A DNA stretch of 58,549 nucleotides from Chloroflexota bacterium (GTDB taxonomy: Bacteria > Chloroflexota > Dormibacteria > CF-121): contig VBHQ01000161.1 in NCBI GenBank assembly GCA_005880395.1, forward strand, positions 1 to 58,549. Reading direction: 5' to 3'. The stretch's first letter is position 1; each line of letters begins with the position of its first letter. Below are positions 14,115 to 24,772 of the stretch, piece by piece. A program made the position numbers and the translations under genes. A model generated the notes under the pieces. It saw only the letters and a list, made by a program, of their open reading frames with translations. It ran no database searches and had not been told where the DNA came from.

Positions 14115-15343
14115 GGCTGACGGTTGGCGAGCTTGCCCATGGCGGGGCGGCGGTCGCGCGCGTCGACGGCCGCGTCGTGTTCGTTGAGGGCGCGATCCCG
14201 GGCGAGACCGTGGAGGCCGAAGTCACCCATCGCCGCAAGGACTTCTGGCGCGCGCAGGCAATATCCGTCGTCGAGCCGGCGCAGGCGCGCGTGGAGCCAC
14301 CCTGCCCGTTCTTCAAGCTCGGCTGCGGCGGATGCCAGCTCCAACACGTCGGCTACGAGGAGCAGCTGGCGCAGAAGCGGGGCGTGCTGCACCACCAGCT
14401 CGAGCAAGCGAAGCTCGACTTTCCGTTCGATCGCATCGATGCCCTTGGCATGGATGATCCATGGCGGTACCGACTCCGCGGCGAATTTCATGTCCTGCAT
14501 CGAGATGGCACGGTCGCGTTGGGGTTCTATCGAAAGCACACCTACCGGACGCTGCCGATCGATGCCTGCCTGATTCACGCCGAGGCGATCGAGCACGCGC
14601 TCCCGGCCTTCGCGCACGCCGCCCAGGATCCGGCCGCCGAGAACGTCACCGCGCTGCAGTTCACCTGGGCGCCGGGGACCAATGACCTTCTATGGGCGCC
14701 GTATCCGCCGGGTACCGCCGATCCCGGCTTCGGCGCGCGGGCCGCCGGCTGGATCCCCGAGCTCAACCTCAACGATGACTCCATCGGCATCGACGATGCC
14801 GGGCGGCATTTCCGGGTCCGTCCCGAGGTCTTCGTCCAGGTGAATGCTCGCCAGCGCAACGTGCTTTACGAGCGCGCCGTCGCCTATTCGGCCTTGCAGC
14901 CGACCGATCAGGTGGTCGATGCCTACGCGGGAATTGGGATGCTGACCGCTCGGCTCGGCGAGCGCTCGCACCTGGTCACCGCCATCGAGGAGAGTCCCTA
15001 TGCCGTGCGGCTAGGCGAACTGAGCATGCAGCTGAACGGGGTCGACAACGTGCGCTACCGGCGTGGCAAGGTCGAGGACATCGTCCCCAGCTTGGACGAG
15101 CGGGTCGACGTCCTCGTGCTCGATCCGCCGCGGGCCGGCTGTGCCGAGGCGGCGGTGGAAGCGATGGCGAATCTGCGGCCCGAGCGCATCATCTATATCT
15201 CCTGCGAGCCCTCGACGCTGGCCCGCGACGTGAGTCGTTTTTCCGCAGGTGGACGGTATACCCTTGCGGAGGTGGCTTTCGTCGACATGTTCCCCCAGAC
15301 GTACCACATCGAAGCTGTCGCCAAACTGCAGCGGACCGCGTGA
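14111..15343 (+). CDS. TRAM-domain, Fe-S cluster 23S rRNA (uracil-5)-methyltransferase (RumA/RlmD family)
   Basis: 410 aa. The N-terminal TRAM-like segment is VGELAHGGAAVARVDGRVVFVEGAIPGETVEAEV. The Cys cluster is CPFFKLGCGGCQLQH. The SAM-binding motif is VVDAYAGIGMLT, followed by DPPRAG and a C-terminal YISCEP. Confidence 0.88.
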   Translation: MRLTVGELAHGGAAVARVDGRVVFVEGAIPGETVEAEVTHRRKDFWRAQAISVVEPAQARVEPPCPFFKLGCGGCQLQHVGYEEQLAQKRGVLHHQLEQAKLDFPFDRIDALGMDDPWRYRLRGEFHVLHRDGTVALGFYRKHTYRTLPIDACLIHAEAIEHALPAFAHAAQDPAAENVTALQFTWAPGTNDLLWAPYPPGTADPGFGARAAGWIPELNLNDDSIGIDDAGRHFRVRPEVFVQVNARQRNVLYERAVAYSALQPTDQVVDAYAGIGMLTARLGERSHLVTAIEESPYAVRLGELSMQLNGVDNVRYRRGKVEDIVPSLDERVDVLVLDPPRAGCAEAAVEAMANLRPERIIYISCEPSTLARDVSRFSAGGRYTLAEVAFVDMFPQTYHIEAVAKLQRTA

Positions 15344-18300
15344 GTTTCGTCCACCTCCACACGCATTCCGAATTCAGCCTGCTCGACGGCGCGAGCCGGA
15401 TCTCGGAGATGGTCCGCCACGCCGCCGAAACCGGGATGCCGGCGATCGCCCTCACCGATCACGGGGTGCTCTACGGCGCGATCGATCTTTACCTGCAGGC
15501 AAAAGCTGCCGGGATCAACCCGATCATCGGTCAGGAAGCCTACGTGGCGACCCGTTCGCGCCATCAGAAGGAAGGCCGCGCCGACCGGGAGCCCCATCAC
15601 CTCATCCTGCTGGTCAAGGACCTGACCGGGTATCGCAACCTGATCCAGCTCGCGAGCCTGGCGCATCTCGAGGGCTATTACTACAAACCACGGATCGATA
15701 AGGCACTCTTAGCCGAGCATGCGCAAGGCCTGATCGCGCTCTCGAGCTGCCTTGGTGGGGAGGTGGCCAGCCGGCTGCTCGAGGGTGACGAGGCCGGCGC
15801 CGAGCACGCGGCGCTCGAGTACCAGCGGATCTTCGGGGAGGACTTTTTCCTCGAGATCCAGGACCATGGGATGGAGGAGCAGGCCCGGGTGACCGAGGGC
15901 CTCGCCCGATTGTCGCAGCGTACGGGGATTCCGCTGGTCGCCACCAACGATACGCACTACACCCGCAAGGACGACGCCGAAGCGCATGACATCCTCCTCT
16001 GCCTGCAGACGGGTACGGTCGTCTCCGACACCAACCGCATGCGCTTTCACAACGACGAGTTCTATTTGAAGACGCCGGCCGAGATGGAAGAGCGCTTTCG
16101 GGACTTTCCGGAAGCCGTCGCCAACACGGTGCGGATCGCCGAGCGCTGTCACCTCGAGCTGGAGACCAAGCCGCTGCTGCCACGCTTCGAAGTTCCCGGT
16201 GGCGAAAGCGCCGAGTCGTATCTCCGGCGACTGGCCGAAGAAGGCCTCAAAGCCCGTTATCCGGAGATGAACCAGGTGATTCGCGACCGCTTTGAGATGG
16301 AGTTCGCCGTCATCAAGGACATGGGCTACGCCCCGTATTTCCTGATCGTGAGTGACTTCACCGACTTCGCGCGCAAGAACGGCGTCGCGGTCGGCCCCGG
16401 TCGCGGCTCGGCCGCGGGCAGCATCGTGTCATACGCGCTGGGCATTACCGAGCTCGACCCGCTTCACCACGGGCTGCTCTTCGAGCGGTTCCTCAATCGC
16501 GAGCGCATCTCGATGCCGGATATCGACATCGACTTCGACGATCGCAATCGCGACCGGGTCATCGACTACGTCGGCCGCCGATACGGCCAGGATCACGTCG
16601 CCCAGATCATCACCTTCGGCACGATGAAGGCGCGCGCAGTCATCCGCGATGTGGGCCGTGCGCTCGATGTTCCGCTACGCGAGGTCGATCGGCTGGCGAA
16701 GCTCGTGCCGCCGCAGCTGAACATGACGCTCGACAAGGCGATGCAGATGGTTCCCGAGCTGGCGGCGGCGGCGACCGATCCGGACTTCGCGCGGCTGCTG
16801 AAGAACGCGCGCAAGCTCGAAGGCCTCACCCGCCATGCGTCGACCCATGCGGCGGGCATCGTCATCACACCGGAACCGCTGCAGCGTTATGTCCCGTTGC
16901 AGAACGCCATCACCCGCGGAGAGCGCAACGGCCAGGAAAAGCGGGCAGTGATGACCCAGTACGAGATGAACGCGGTCCAGAAGATCGGCCTGCTCAAGAT
17001 GGACTTCCTGGGCCTGCGCAATCTTTCGATCATCGTAGACGCGCTGAAGAATCTGGAGCAGACCCGCGGGCTCAAACTGGATCTCACGCAGATCCCGTGG
17101 GACGACCCGGCGACCTTCAGGCTCTTGCAGGCGGGCGATACCAACGGCGTCTTCCAGCTCGAGTCGGCCGGGCTGCGACGGCTGCTCCAGGACATGCGGC
17201 CGACCGCCTTCGAGGACATCATCGCGGCGAACGGGCTATTCCGTCCGGGACCGCTTGAGGGCGGCCTGGTCGACCAGTACGTGAAGTGCAAGAACGGCGA
17301 GCAGGAGATCGTCTATCCGCTACCCGAGCTGGAGCCCATCCTCAAAGAGACCTACGGGGTCATCGTGTACCAGGAGCAGGTGATGCAGATCGCCTCCAGG
17401 CTCGCCGGCTTCAGCCTCGGCGAAGCCGACATCCTGCGCGCCGCTATGGGCAAGAAGAAGAAAGACGAGATGGCGCGGATGCGAACCAAGTTCATCACCG
17501 GCGCGGTGCAGCGCGGCGTCACCGAGCCGAAGGCGACCGAGATCTTCGACCTGATGGCGTTCTTCGCCGGCTACGGCTTCAACAAGTCGCACAGCGCCGC
17601 CTACGCCGTCGTCTCCTACCAGACCGCCTACCTGAAAGCCAACTACCCGCTCGAATACCTGGCCGCGCTGCTCAACAACGAGGGCGGCAACTATGACCGC
17701 GTCGCGGCCGCCGTGCTCGATTGCCATGCCCGCGAGATCGAGGTGCTCCCGCCGGACGTTAACGGCTCGGAGGCAGGCTTCTCGGTGCAGGACGGCAAGA
17801 TTCGCTACGGACTGGCCGTGATCAAGAACGTCGGGACCCATGCCATCGAGTTACTGCTCAAGGAGCGCCGCGCGAAGGGCCCATTCAAGTCGCTACTCGA
17901 CATGACCGTGCGCGTCGACCCGCGGGAGCTGAACAAGCGCGTCCTGGAAAGTTTGATCAGGTCCGGCGCGACCGACTGTCTCGGCGAGCGCGGGCAGCTG
18001 CTGGCAAGCATCGATCGCATCAGCGATCGCGCCGCGCAGATCATTGACGAGCGCGAAAGCGGGCAGACCTCGCTGTTCGGGCTGCTGCCGGAATCGGACG
18101 AGCTCGATGATGCGAACGCGGGCTTGATCGCTGGGGTCCCGCCGATGCCGGATGAGGAGCGGCTCAAGGGCGAGAAAGAGCTGCTCGGCCTGTATCTGTC
18201 GGATCATCCGCTCAAGCGGATCGAGCAGGAACTCCACGCCAAAGTCGACACCTACGTCAACCAGGTCACCGCCGACATGGAGGACTTCGAAGTTCGCATC

Positions 18301-18906
18301 GGCGGCGTGATCAAAGGCGTCCGGCCGGTCGTCACCAAGACGGGCAAGGCGATGGCCTTCGTTCAGCTCGAGGATCTGACGTCGACGATCGAAGTCATCG
18401 TCTTTCCGAAGGTGTTCGACGAGCGCCGGCATCTGCTCCTGTCAGACACGGTGGTGATCGTGCGCGGCAAGGTCGATGCGCGAGCCGGGTCGGGCGACGA
18501 CGACGATCGCGCCGATGTCCCCAAAGTCATCGCCGACGAGATCATGGCATTCGACGATGCCGGCCACGAGAGCTGGGTCCGAAATCAGGTCGTGCATCTC
18601 GATGTCCCGGCGGAGGCGACGCCGGAGCAGATGGCGGCGCTCCAGGACATCCTCGCTCGCTGCCCGGGACCGGACCGCGTCGTGATGCACCTGCATCGCG
18701 CCGACCAGGTCGTCGACATGGACCTTGGCGACAAATTCCGGGTGCAGGGCGGTGGCCTGGCGGGCGATCGGGCCCAGCGCGAGATCGACGGCCTGTTCCT
18801 CAGGCCGGTGTGGCGGATCGAGGTCATCCGGCGCCGCGCGCCCGAGCGTCAGGCTAACGGCAGCCGCCAGCCTCGAACGCTGGTCGGTTCCTCAGCCGGC
18901 GGCTAG
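15340..18906 (+). CDS. dnaE: DNA polymerase III alpha subunit
   Basis: 1188 aa. PHP domain FVHLHTHSEFSLLDG. Palm and fingers motifs GPGRGSAAGS, PDIDIDF and KMDFLGL. OB-fold C-terminal region. Confidence 0.97.
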   Translation: MSFVHLHTHSEFSLLDGASRISEMVRHAAETGMPAIALTDHGVLYGAIDLYLQAKAAGINPIIGQEAYVATRSRHQKEGRADREPHHLILLVKDLTGYRNLIQLASLAHLEGYYYKPRIDKALLAEHAQGLIALSSCLGGEVASRLLEGDEAGAEHAALEYQRIFGEDFFLEIQDHGMEEQARVTEGLARLSQRTGIPLVATNDTHYTRKDDAEAHDILLCLQTGTVVSDTNRMRFHNDEFYLKTPAEMEERFRDFPEAVANTVRIAERCHLELETKPLLPRFEVPGGESAESYLRRLAEEGLKARYPEMNQVIRDRFEMEFAVIKDMGYAPYFLIVSDFTDFARKNGVAVGPGRGSAAGSIVSYALGITELDPLHHGLLFERFLNRERISMPDIDIDFDDRNRDRVIDYVGRRYGQDHVAQIITFGTMKARAVIRDVGRALDVPLREVDRLAKLVPPQLNMTLDKAMQMVPELAAAATDPDFARLLKNARKLEGLTRHASTHAAGIVITPEPLQRYVPLQNAITRGERNGQEKRAVMTQYEMNAVQKIGLLKMDFLGLRNLSIIVDALKNLEQTRGLKLDLTQIPWDDPATFRLLQAGDTNGVFQLESAGLRRLLQDMRPTAFEDIIAANGLFRPGPLEGGLVDQYVKCKNGEQEIVYPLPELEPILKETYGVIVYQEQVMQIASRLAGFSLGEADILRAAMGKKKKDEMARMRTKFITGAVQRGVTEPKATEIFDLMAFFAGYGFNKSHSAAYAVVSYQTAYLKANYPLEYLAALLNNEGGNYDRVAAAVLDCHAREIEVLPPDVNGSEAGFSVQDGKIRYGLAVIKNVGTHAIELLLKERRAKGPFKSLLDMTVRVDPRELNKRVLESLIRSGATDCLGERGQLLASIDRISDRAAQIIDERESGQTSLFGLLPESDELDDANAGLIAGVPPMPDEERLKGEKELLGLYLSDHPLKRIEQELHAKVDTYVNQVTADMEDFEVRIGGVIKGVRPVVTKTGKAMAFVQLEDLTSTIEVIVFPKVFDERRHLLLSDTVVIVRGKVDARAGSGDDDDRADVPKVIADEIMAFDDAGHESWVRNQVVHLDVPAEATPEQMAALQDILARCPGPDRVVMHLHRADQVVDMDLGDKFRVQGGGLAGDRAQREIDGLFLRPVWRIEVIRRRAPERQANGSRQPRTLVGSSAGG

Positions 18907-19430
18907 CCCAGGCCGAGGCGGTAGACGTTCGTGACGAGCACGTAGACGACGAGCACGACGACGAAGGCCGCCACCGGCGCCCAGTCGAACCCGCCGTGGC
19001 GGGGACGGGGAAAGAAACCCCGGAAGGGGCGCGCGAAGATTTCGGTGCTCTGCATCACCATCTGCGTGATCGGGTGCCAGGGATCCATCTTGAAGAAGCC
19101 GAAGAAGATTCGAACCAGCAGCAGGATGATGATGAAGACGAGCGCGTAGCCGATCACCGTGACCAGGGCGCTGATGATGCTGCCCGAGCCGAGAAAAACG
19201 GACAAGGCATAGAGGATCACGATCCCGACCAGGAAGGAGATATCGAGGCCGCCGGCCGGTGGGATCACCCGGCGAATCGGCGCCAGGTACCACTCGGTCG
19301 CCACCAGCACGATGCGACCGGCTTCGGTGTACATCGCGCCCGGAAACCAGGAGAGGATCGCGCGCACGATCAGCACAAAGATGAAGATGTTGATCAGCAG
19401 GAGCAGGATTCCGGTTATCGGGCCAAGCAT
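18903..19430 (-). CDS. YggT-family integral membrane protein
   Basis: 175 aa with four hydrophobic helices and the YggT-like segment IFVLIVRAILSWFP...LAPIRRVIPPAGGLDISFLV. Confidence 0.8.
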   Translation of the reverse strand: MLGPITGILLLLINIFIFVLIVRAILSWFPGAMYTEAGRIVLVATEWYLAPIRRVIPPAGGLDISFLVGIVILYALSVFLGSGSIISALVTVIGYALVFIIILLLVRIFFGFFKMDPWHPITQMVMQSTEIFARPFRGFFPRPRHGGFDWAPVAAFVVVLVVYVLVTNVYRLGLG

Positions 19431-19473
19431 CGGACGCTAGTTTAAGGCGTTCCTCATAAGCGTTCGGTAAGCC

Positions 19474-19486
19474 GTGGGGTCCCCAC
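19474..19486 (-). terminator. Perfect 6-bp GC hairpin just downstream of the Bat-like operon
   Basis: GTGGGG-T-CCCCAC palindrome lying 6-18 nt beyond the stop codon at 19492-19494. No U-tract follows. Confidence 0.3.
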
Positions 19487-19491
19487 CCAAA

Positions 19492-22082
19492 CTAGCGGCG
19501 CCGGCGACGTGCCAGCAATTCCCCGGTGGGATCTTCAGGCTTCTTCTTCGGCGCCCGAGGCTCGGCCGCTCGAGCTGCCCGGATCCCCTCGACCCGCTCG
19601 CGCAAGCGCGTCACCGTCGCCTCCGCCGGAACCGGCTTCGCGCGCGCTGCTCGCTGTGGCCGGATCGCCGCCTGCCAGGCGGGGACATCTTCCAGCCGGA
19701 AGACGAGGCGGCGGAGCGCGACGTCGATCGGGAAGAGCACGATGGCCAGGATCAGGAGCAACTCGCTGATCGGTTGGGCGGCTTTGACTGGCGGCACCGG
19801 CAGCTGGAACGCCCTGGACAGGTCGGTCAGCACCACCCCACCACCCGCCTGGGCGATGGCGCGCAGGCTGGCGGTATCCGTCCCGAGGTCGCGATACTCG
19901 GGCGAATAGGGCACGACCAGCCCGGCGGTCGTCGTATGTCGAACCACGCCGCCTGCGGACTGGCTGACGTGGAGCAGGTAGCTGCCGACCTGGTCGGTGG
20001 GGAGGTCACCCTCGAAGCGGCCGGGGCCGGTGGGGGAGAGCGTGAGGCTGGCCCCGGCGAGGTCGGGGGTCAGCGCATTCACGGCGACGCTTCCGCCAGC
20101 GGTTGCGGGCGCCGTCACCAGCAGGTGCGTGTGGTCGCCCTGCACGCGGGTTTCGACCGAGAGCGCCGGATCGCCGGGTTGGGGCAGGCTGGCGTGGACG
20201 ATGTCGCCGAAGAACGTGTTGGCCTGCGCCCACTGCAGCAAACCGGCGGTCCAGCGTCCCTGGGCGTCGCTGGTCCAGGCCATGACCCGTCCGCTGGGAT
20301 CACATCGGCCAGCGAGCTGAGCTGTGGCGCGATCTTGCCCTCCACGACCCAGGGCTTGAGCGCCTCGCGGGTCTCTTTCAGGAAGATCTGCGGCACGTCT
20401 GACAGGCTGTTGCTCTGATAGAAGCGCCCGTGGCCCCAGCCGGCCATCTCCTGCATGACCGCCGCATCGGAGAACGCCGACGCGATCGCGACCGTCGACA
20501 CGGTGATCCCATGCGCATGGATGGCGGTGATCACCGGCTGGTAGTTGTCCGGCGCATCGCCGTCGCCCAGCAAGATGATGTGCTTGATGGCGGCGGTTGC
20601 GCCTTTCAGCGCCTGGTCGGCGGTGTTGAGGTCGGGCGTATAGCTGGGCGGATCGCCAAGCGACATGCCGTCGATCGCACGCTTGACGGCCGTCTTGTCT
20701 TTCAGCGGCGCGAGCGGCACGACGAACGCTGCGCCGGTGCCATTGGTCACGCCGACCAGGTCCCGCGGCGTCAGCTGATCGACGACCGCATCGGCGGCGC
20801 CGCGCAGCACCTGATCGCCGTTGCCGCTCTCCGTCGATTCGAGGACGAGCACGACCGCGACCGGTGGCTTCTGCATGTCCTGCGGGATCTGGATCTGGAC
20901 CGGCAGGGCGGTCTCGATCGGCGTGCCGGCGTATCCGCCCGGGCCATAGCTGTCCGAACCGCCGATCACCACCAGGCCGGTGCCGAGGTCCCGCACGGAT
21001 GCCTGCAGCACCGACATCGCCTGAGTGCCGAGGCTGGCAGCCGGGATGTTGACTAGTACGACCGCTTGATACGCCGCCAGGTCCGCCGCCGCGTGGGGCA
21101 GTTGATCGGGGGTGATCGCCGCGGTGCCGATGCCGGTCGAGCGGAGCGCCGCCTCGAGGCTCTGCGCCTCGCCGACGGTGTTCTCCACGAGAAGGACGCG
21201 GGGCGGGCCGACCACCTGGATCAGCGCCTCGCCCAGGTTGTTCTCCGCGTAGGTATCCCGGACGGGATCGATCACGATGCGGACTGCGTGGAAGCCAGGA
21301 TCCGTTGGTTTTACGCTTTGCTGCACCGTCGTCTCGCCGACCGGCAAGTCCATCGTGCTGGTGTCGAGCAGGGTGCGATCCAGATACCAGCGGATGGTCA
21401 CGTGGGTCGCGCTGTTGGTGACGATCAACGCCTGGGCGTTGGCCTGCTGGCCCTGCGTGAGCGAGCGTGGCGCATCAAGCCGATCGACGTAGGCCTCGGG
21501 ACCGATCGTCACCGGGAGGGCGACCGTATCGACTCGGACGCCCTCGGCGCGCAGCAGCCGCGCCTCGGCCACCGCGTCGCCAAGGTTTTGACGCCCGTCG
21601 CTGATCACGATCAGGTGCTTGCGGCTGTCATCCGGCAGGATCGACCCGCCCAGCTGCAGCGCCGATGCGAGGTCGGTGTAGTTGGCGTTGGGCTGGCTCT
21701 GGAATTCGCCGAACTGTGGAGTCTGGCTGATGTTGACCTCGACCTGGGGATCCCGGCCGAAGCTGAGCACGCCGGCCCGGTCCTGGCCCTTGCGCTGGTT
21801 AAGAATTCGGCGTACGGCGGTGGCCTCGCTGTCGAGCGAGCTCTGCACGCTGGCTGACAGATCGGCCGCGACCAGCAACGCCTGGTTCGGTGGCCGGGTG
21901 TCGACCTGGAGGCCGGCGAGCGAGAGGGTGAGCAAGACGACAATCAGCACCCGAAGCGCCAGTGATACACGCGAGCGTCCCGGTGACAGCGGCGGAGGAA
22001 ACACGCGCCAGATGAGGACGATCAGCGCCACGGCGATGACGCCGGCCCCGACCAGCAGGGGCCGGGTTAGTTCAAAGCCCAC
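19492..22082 (-). pseudogene. Large VWA-domain membrane protein (BatB-like, with an amidotransferase-like middle region); frame broken near 20290-20305
   Basis: The 655-aa ORF (20115-22082) reads sensibly up to ...KIAPQLSSLADVIP: TM helices, MIDAS DLSAS, and VVLVNIPA...LVVIGGSDSYGPGGY. It then turns into Arg/Pro-rich nonsense. A different frame (ORF 19492-20283) continues sensibly from ..SGRVMAWTSDAQGRWTAGLLQW to a C-terminal TM helix. The block that normally links these two segments is missing. Confidence 0.75.
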
Positions 22083-23895
22083 GGTGAAAGGCCAGCCATT
22101 CGGCCGCGATGATGCCCAGGGCGGCCAGCGCGATCCAGGGCCAGATCTCCAGCTGGCCCGGATGCGTCGCCTGCACGGCAGTCGGCCGGGTGGGCGGAAG
22201 GGTCAAACGGTCCGGAGGCTTGAGCTGCGAGATCGAGTCGGTGAATAGATTGACCGTGAACCAGGACGGCTGGACTTTGCCGCCGATCGTTTGCTCGACG
22301 GTGTAGAGGCCGGCTGGATCGGTGTCCGCGAACGTGCTGATCGAGCCCGCGGTGAGCGCGCGCCGGCTGCCGTCCGGACGGATGACGCTCACGGCGGTCG
22401 CGCCGGCATCCGGAACGACGGTCACCGGCTCATCCGGATGAAAGCTGCGGCTGGGCACGCTGGGCGGCAGCATCCACTCGCTGAGGTTCTCGACCAGGAT
22501 GGGAAAGGCGATCCGCAGCGGGAGATCCGACTCGTGAATGTCGAAGCCGAAGAGTGCCTGGCGGACGGGTTCATCGCGCACCATCACCAGTGGGGTTTGC
22601 AGGCTCGTGATCAACGGCCGGCCGAAGGCCGACGTGCGCAGGTCCTGGCTGCGGGCGATATGGACATCTTGCAGATCGACGTTCGCCAGCAGCGGATCGG
22701 CCGCATCGGCGGCGCGGACGCGGCCGATGCCGATCGCGGCCCCACCGGCTACGGATGAGCCCGCTGGCGGATCGACGATCAAGGTTGGCCCATCGGGCAT
22801 GGCCGCCGGTGTAAAGCGGTCGAAGATCGTCATCGCGTAGGCGGCGCTGGCCCGATAGGCGGCCGGCGCCACGACATCGACCTGCAGGTCGCTGCGCAGG
22901 CGGAGGGCCTGCTCCAGGAAGACGTTGCCGGGCGTGACCAGCAGCACGCGAAAGGCGCGCGGCGTCCTGGCCACGGCGGTGGCGACGTCGTCGAGCGCAA
23001 ACAGGTCACTCCCGGCGAGCCGGGCCGTCACCGCGGTGGCGTCGCCCGGGATCGGGAGGACGAGGTCCTGACCCTGACCGGCGGCGAGTGTCAGCGGTCG
23101 CAGGTCCAGCAGTCGCCCGTCGGCGCGCCACTCGAGGCTGACCGGGTGGGATTGCTGGCCGAAGTTTTGGAGATGCAGGTAGGCGGCGCGGCTCTGGGCG
23201 CTGGTCCGCACCGTCAAGGAGGTCAGCCCGACGTTCTCGCCCGAGATGCCGACCCGGTGATACTCGAGCGCAAACGGAAGCCCGGTCGAGAGCGACGCCC
23301 GCAACGGCTCGATGATCCCGTCGCTGAACAAATACGCCTTGGCGTCATCGCCAGGCCGCACCAGCCCGGCCGCGAGCGCCAGCGCCGAGGACAGGTCGGC
23401 GGCGCCGTTGCTCACTGCCAGGGCATCGAGGGCGTGATGCAGGGTGTCATGGTCACCGGTGACCGACGCGAGGACGCGCGCTGACGGGCCCACGCCGATC
23501 AGCGTCATCCGGTCCTGCGGGCCAAGCTGGTCGATGAGCGCAGCTGCCTGGCGTTTTGCCTCGGCGAGCCGCGACGGCTTGACGTCGGTCGCCTGCATCG
23601 AGGCCGAGCTGTCCACCAGGATCAGGGTGTGTCGGGCGAGCGCGGCGCCGGCTGGTAAGGCCGGTTGAAGGGCGGCCGCCACCAGGAACGCGGCGGCCAG
23701 GAGCTGCAGGAGCAGCAGCCAGCTCGGCCGCAAGCGCTGCCATGGAACGTTCGCCTGCCGATCCCGGATCTGGTTGGGCCACAGGTGCAGCGCCGGAACG
23801 ATGCGTGTCGGCCGCCGGATCTTGAGGAAATAGAGGGCGACGATCACCGGCAGCGTCACGCCGAGCACGGCCGCCGCCGGCGCCAGCAGGCTCAT
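22072..23895 (-). CDS. BatA-like protein: aerotolerance-regulator N-terminal TM domain plus VWA domain
   Basis: 607 aa. The N-terminus LLAPAAAVLGVTLPVIVALYFLKIRR is BatA_N-like. The VWA MIDAS motif is LILVDSSASM. Confidence 0.85.
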   Translation of the reverse strand: MSLLAPAAAVLGVTLPVIVALYFLKIRRPTRIVPALHLWPNQIRDRQANVPWQRLRPSWLLLLQLLAAAFLVAAALQPALPAGAALARHTLILVDSSASMQATDVKPSRLAEAKRQAAALIDQLGPQDRMTLIGVGPSARVLASVTGDHDTLHHALDALAVSNGAADLSSALALAAGLVRPGDDAKAYLFSDGIIEPLRASLSTGLPFALEYHRVGISGENVGLTSLTVRTSAQSRAAYLHLQNFGQQSHPVSLEWRADGRLLDLRPLTLAAGQGQDLVLPIPGDATAVTARLAGSDLFALDDVATAVARTPRAFRVLLVTPGNVFLEQALRLRSDLQVDVVAPAAYRASAAYAMTIFDRFTPAAMPDGPTLIVDPPAGSSVAGGAAIGIGRVRAADAADPLLANVDLQDVHIARSQDLRTSAFGRPLITSLQTPLVMVRDEPVRQALFGFDIHESDLPLRIAFPILVENLSEWMLPPSVPSRSFHPDEPVTVVPDAGATAVSVIRPDGSRRALTAGSISTFADTDPAGLYTVEQTIGGKVQPSWFTVNLFTDSISQLKPPDRLTLPPTRPTAVQATHPGQLEIWPWIALAALGIIAAEWLAFHRGL

Positions 23896-24767
23896 CCCAG
23901 CAACCCAATCTGGCGAAGCGTGAGCTGCACCATCTGGTCGATTGGCTGCGCGGTCGAAAGGCGGGCGTACCGCAAGCCGCGCCGATGGGCCAGCCGTTCG
24001 ACGTCCTCCGATCGCTGCGTCAGCGCCCGAACGTAGGCTGCCTGGGTCAGTGGCGTCGCCGTGAACTCACGCTCCGCACCGCTCTCCGCGTCCTTGAGCC
24101 GGGCATCGCCGGCCCAGTCGGGCGTCATCTCCTGTGGCGCCAGCAACTGCAGCACGGCGCCTTCCTGATGAGCTCGCTGAACGGCGCTCAGTGCCTCGTC
24201 GATTCCGGGCTCGCCCAGAGCATCGCTGATGATCACGGTCATCCCGGGGCGCTGGCGGCCGATCGGCCAGACCAGCCTGGCGTAATTGGTCGGCCCGCCA
24301 ACCGGAAAAGATTGGAGGCGGGCGAACAGCTCCCCGGCAGCGCGACGCCCGCGATATGGCGCGCCACCGGAGGTCGGCCCTTCGGCGAACACGGTGAGGC
24401 GGACGCGGTCGAGCGCGCTGAGGGCGACGTAGGCGATCGCCCCGGCCAGGCGCCGGGCGGTTTCGGCCTTGTTGGGCGTGCCCCAATCCATCGATCCGCT
24501 GAGGTCGACGAAGATGCTGAGCGGCAACTCCTCCTCGGCGACGAAGAGGCGCAGCATGAAGCGATCGAGCCTGGCATAGGCATTCCAGTCGATCAGGCGG
24601 TAGTCGTCGCCCGGGGTGTAGCTGCGGAAGTCCGCGAACTCGACCGACTGGCCGCGACGGCGAGAGCGGCGTTCGCCGCCCATCTGGCCGCTGACCGCGC
24701 GCCGAACCTGCAGCGCCAGTGCCTCGAGGCGGCGGAGCAGTGCGGGCTCCAGCAGCGGGACCGCCAT
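23892..24767 (-). CDS. DUF58 domain protein
   Basis: 291 aa. GERRSRRRGQSVEFADFRSYTPGDDYRLIDWNAYARLDR is the DUF58 signature, followed by a VWA-like segment IFVDLSGSM. Confidence 0.9.
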   Translation of the reverse strand: MAVPLLEPALLRRLEALALQVRRAVSGQMGGERRSRRRGQSVEFADFRSYTPGDDYRLIDWNAYARLDRFMLRLFVAEEELPLSIFVDLSGSMDWGTPNKAETARRLAGAIAYVALSALDRVRLTVFAEGPTSGGAPYRGRRAAGELFARLQSFPVGGPTNYARLVWPIGRQRPGMTVIISDALGEPGIDEALSAVQRAHQEGAVLQLLAPQEMTPDWAGDARLKDAESGAEREFTATPLTQAAYVRALTQRSEDVERLAHRRGLRYARLSTAQPIDQMVQLTLRQIGLLG

Positions 24768-24772
24768 CTCAC

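Noticed and set aside
12700-14200. Mobile-element boundaries (integrase, tRNA target, inverted or direct repeats) around the low-GC ORF
   Set aside because: Nothing beyond the shared GTGA junctions is visible. There is no target-site duplication and no recombinase gene, so I do not call it a mobile element.
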